A stretch of 63,075 nt of DNA, the filler included, from Basidiobolus ranarum (Eukaryota): assembly GCA_040143965.1 (NCBI GenBank). It is 12 parts of 12 records of this genome, joined end to end, with 100 filler letters (N's around TTAATTAATTAA, not from the genome) between each part and the next. Parts side by side here need not be neighbours in the genome. Positions count along the whole stretch, not along the records: positions 57,928 to 63,075 come from JASJQH010008570.1; 11 more parts are not named here. The stretch is one strand, 5' to 3'. The position numbers were made by a program, and so were the translations under genes. Numbering within the stretch: position 1 is the first letter of the stretch; each line of letters opens with the position of its first letter. Below are positions 62,767 through 63,075 of the stretch, in pieces. A model generated the notes under the pieces. The model saw nothing but the letters and a program-made list of their open reading frames with translations. It had not been told where the DNA came from and made no database searches.

Positions 62767-63075
62767 TAGGATATCGTCTATTCTTAGTGACAGCTAAAGT
62801 TCAAGTGAAGACGATTTTCGATTCCAAGGATGAGTAAAACTATACAACGACGTTTGCACTAGTATTCGCGTAGGTTAGGATGTGGTGGTAAAAGAGATTG
62901 AACTCCTTATATAATACACAACATGCTACGAAAACCTGACACAGCAATATTCCGCCGGATTTATAATTGGATGTAATCATAGGATCCAACAGTGATATAA
63001 GATGAAAAGAGTTCATTGGTCTTCCTATAGTACTTTGCAGGAGGTAATTGGTCTAGCAGGATCAGAAAGACTGTG

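Overview
This is eukaryotic, fungal DNA, not one locus. Twelve short contigs (5176, 5174, 5173, 5171, 5169, 5169, 5168, 5161, 5159, 5158, 5149, 5148 bp, in descending size) are joined by an artificial 100-bp spacer (44 N + TTAATTAATTAA + 44 N), so adjacency across spacers means nothing. Short GT-AG introns, a fused fungal LEU1, CDC50, ORM1, BAP31, TIM44, a RalGAP-alpha-like gene and an animal-type P2C (Na/K-like) ATPase point to an early-diverging fungus (Zoopagomycota/Mucoromycota, possibly Basidiobolus-like; this is inference). Other genes: a secreted amidohydrolase-3, a fasciclin protein, tandem Ser/Thr-rich GPI proteins, a DUF1647-like protein, a ferric reductase, tRNA-Thr(CGT), a secreted tandem cystine-knot-like protein and a small Cys-rich secreted protein. 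Accessory DNA includes a decayed CACTA/En-Spm transposon and two related Ty1/copia LTR families in nested, inverted and tandem arrangements, strongly CpG-depleted compared with the genes. I found no CRISPR array and no multi-gene novel system. The best leads are the tandem knottin-like protein, the P2C ATPase with altered ion-site residues, and the copia self-nesting and mini-element structures. All family assignments come from motif recognition by eye; no database search was run.
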